Shown here in pieces: positions 62,626 to 64,000 of a DNA stretch of 64,000 nt. The position numbers were made by a program, and so were the translations under genes. This DNA comes from Mobula hypostoma. Taxonomy: Eukaryota. The notes beneath the pieces are model-generated. The model made no database searches. It had not been told where the DNA came from and saw nothing but the letters and a program-made list of their open reading frames with translations. The stretch's first letter is position 1; every line of letters begins with the position of its first letter. Where the stretch lies: positions 96,288,001 to 96,352,000 of the forward strand of contig NC_086108.1 in assembly GCF_963921235.1 (NCBI RefSeq), written 5' to 3'.

Positions 62626-63154
62626 AGAAATCTGTTACACAAGCATGGCAGCAGACAAACCCAAATGCAGAACACAGGCCCAGGGGCAGAGTCAGAAGGC
62701 ATTATTGCCATAGCAAGCAAGGAATTAGTTTCCAGGAGAGTCTTTACCTGAAGTCTTGGATTTGGAGAGCAATGCTAGACTTAGAACTAAGAACCATGAA
62801 ACAAAGTTACTCACAGCAGAGACAACCAACAAACTAGCAACTCCTTGTTGTGATCACAGGGTCTTTATCCTGCATTTTCTGATGGAAAGCAGGTGTGTGT
62901 AGTTGTGGAACCTGGGAATGATTGGAAATTAAACGAGGGGATTGAGGCCCAATTCCTGAGGTAAGTAGTAAGGTGGAGGATTGCCAGAAGGGACCCTGAC
63001 AAAAGCAGCCCACATTTGCCCAACCGTTCATTATAGCACATGCTCTTTTATCCAGGCAGCATATCGGTAAACCTTTTTTGCATCCTCCAAAGCCTCGACA
63101 TCCTTCCTATAATGAGGCAGCCAAAACTGGATGCGATACTCCAGATGCAGCCTA

Positions 63155-63570
63155 TTTACTTACTTCCCATGGTATTTAGGGCAGCAATGAAGGTTCTCCA
63201 TGTCTTGTGCTGTTCAGGGTTTCCTTCATCATGTCAGTAGCTTCCTCTTGGTTTTCACTACTGTCAGTCACACAAGTCCTGAGTGGAGGGTCAGGATTAC
63301 CATCACACTCAGATGTAGAAGGATTCTTCATTGCTGCCTATGTAACAATCTTGTTTTACCAATCAGAGTTGTTAGCCCTGAGCTGACCCACAACTTGGAG
63401 GACCAATGGACCACTCTTATTCTGGTCTTAACCCTATGACCTCTTTGGCATGGGTGACCCTACCAAGAGCCAAAGCATAAAGCCCTGACTCCAGCCAACA
63501 TAGCTCTCCGGATCATTGAGACACGCAAGCCTCTAATCCCTACGACAAAGTTGTGGTGTCCTTGGAGGAG
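63155..63570 (-). mobile_element. RTE-like non-autonomous element
   Basis: Homologous to 11715-11935; the T-rich TACTTACTT end at about 63155 is the antisense tail. Confidence 0.55.
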
Positions 63571-63731
63571 ATGCAGCCTAATTAGTGTTTTATAAAGCTG
63601 CTAGTTTTGTGAATGATTATGATTGGAGACCAAAAGATTTTAAAGTACTTAATCATTATTTTTGACGGGCTGAACAGTTTTTCTCATCTCTTTTTATCTT
63701 GTGACCTTCTGAATTGATTTGTGTTGTTCAG

Positions 63732-63969
63732 AAAATGAACTATAAAGCTATTTTGTTTTACACAATACATGACTCTGCGGACTACCAACTTAACTTGAAG
63801 GATGGATCAGGAAAGTCACACGTATTAGCTGAAGCCAAGGATGATCTATACCAGAAAACAGATGGGATGCAAAATCATTACTCATTACATGAGGGACCTC
63901 ACAGAAAACGTTACAACCATATCCCAAACCTCAGGAAGTTGCCACTTCTCGAGGTACACCCTTACAACG
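63732..63969 (+). CDS. Candidate host coding exon, product unidentified
   Basis: Non-repetitive; acceptor TTGTTCAG|, consensus donor ACG|GTAAGT, one open frame throughout (KMNYKAILFY..LPLLEVHPYN). Confidence 0.4.
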
Positions 63970-64000
63970 GTAAGTAATAAAATAGTGAATGGATAGCCAG

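Noticed and set aside
1..64000. CRISPR array, prokaryotic operon or endogenous virus
   Set aside because: No repeat-spacer periodicity, no gene-dense operon layout and no capsid, integrase or env signatures; all long ORFs are non-LTR retroelement-derived or low complexity.

Overview
Eukaryotic, repeat-saturated, mostly intronic or intergenic DNA. The repeat set (CR1 LINEs with (TTTCTATG)n-type tails, Rex1/Babar and L1 fragments, Penelope-like GIY-YIG fragments, V-SINEs, a Deu/SacSINE-like remnant, Tc1 derivatives) points to a cartilaginous fish, probably a ray; this is inference. I see no prokaryotic genes, rRNA, true tRNA genes or CRISPR array, and only weak candidates for host exons (best 63732-63969, unidentified). 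The centrepiece is a young CR1 family in two copies. One is near-intact and full length (34701-39238): 5' tandem monomers, ORF1 with zinc finger/coiled coil plus SGNH esterase, and ORF2 with APE endonuclease plus RT carrying one CGA>TGA stop. The other is 5'-inverted and internally deleted (20679-23686). Comparing them gives three main observations: (i) ORF2 has no AUG before its endonuclease and is reached by a -1 shift at a correctly phased U_UUA_AAC slippery heptamer just before the ORF1 stop, also retained in an older CR1 subfamily at 55592; (ii) the rearranged copy has twin-priming geometry; (iii) the 5' end looks like a monomer-type promoter. Penelope-derived tails carry minimal hammerhead ribozyme motifs, one pair inside a three-level nest (CR1 > inverted Penelope > L1) with two 14-bp TSDs. 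Boundaries of old repeats are approximate and family names come from recalled consensus motifs, not a database search.
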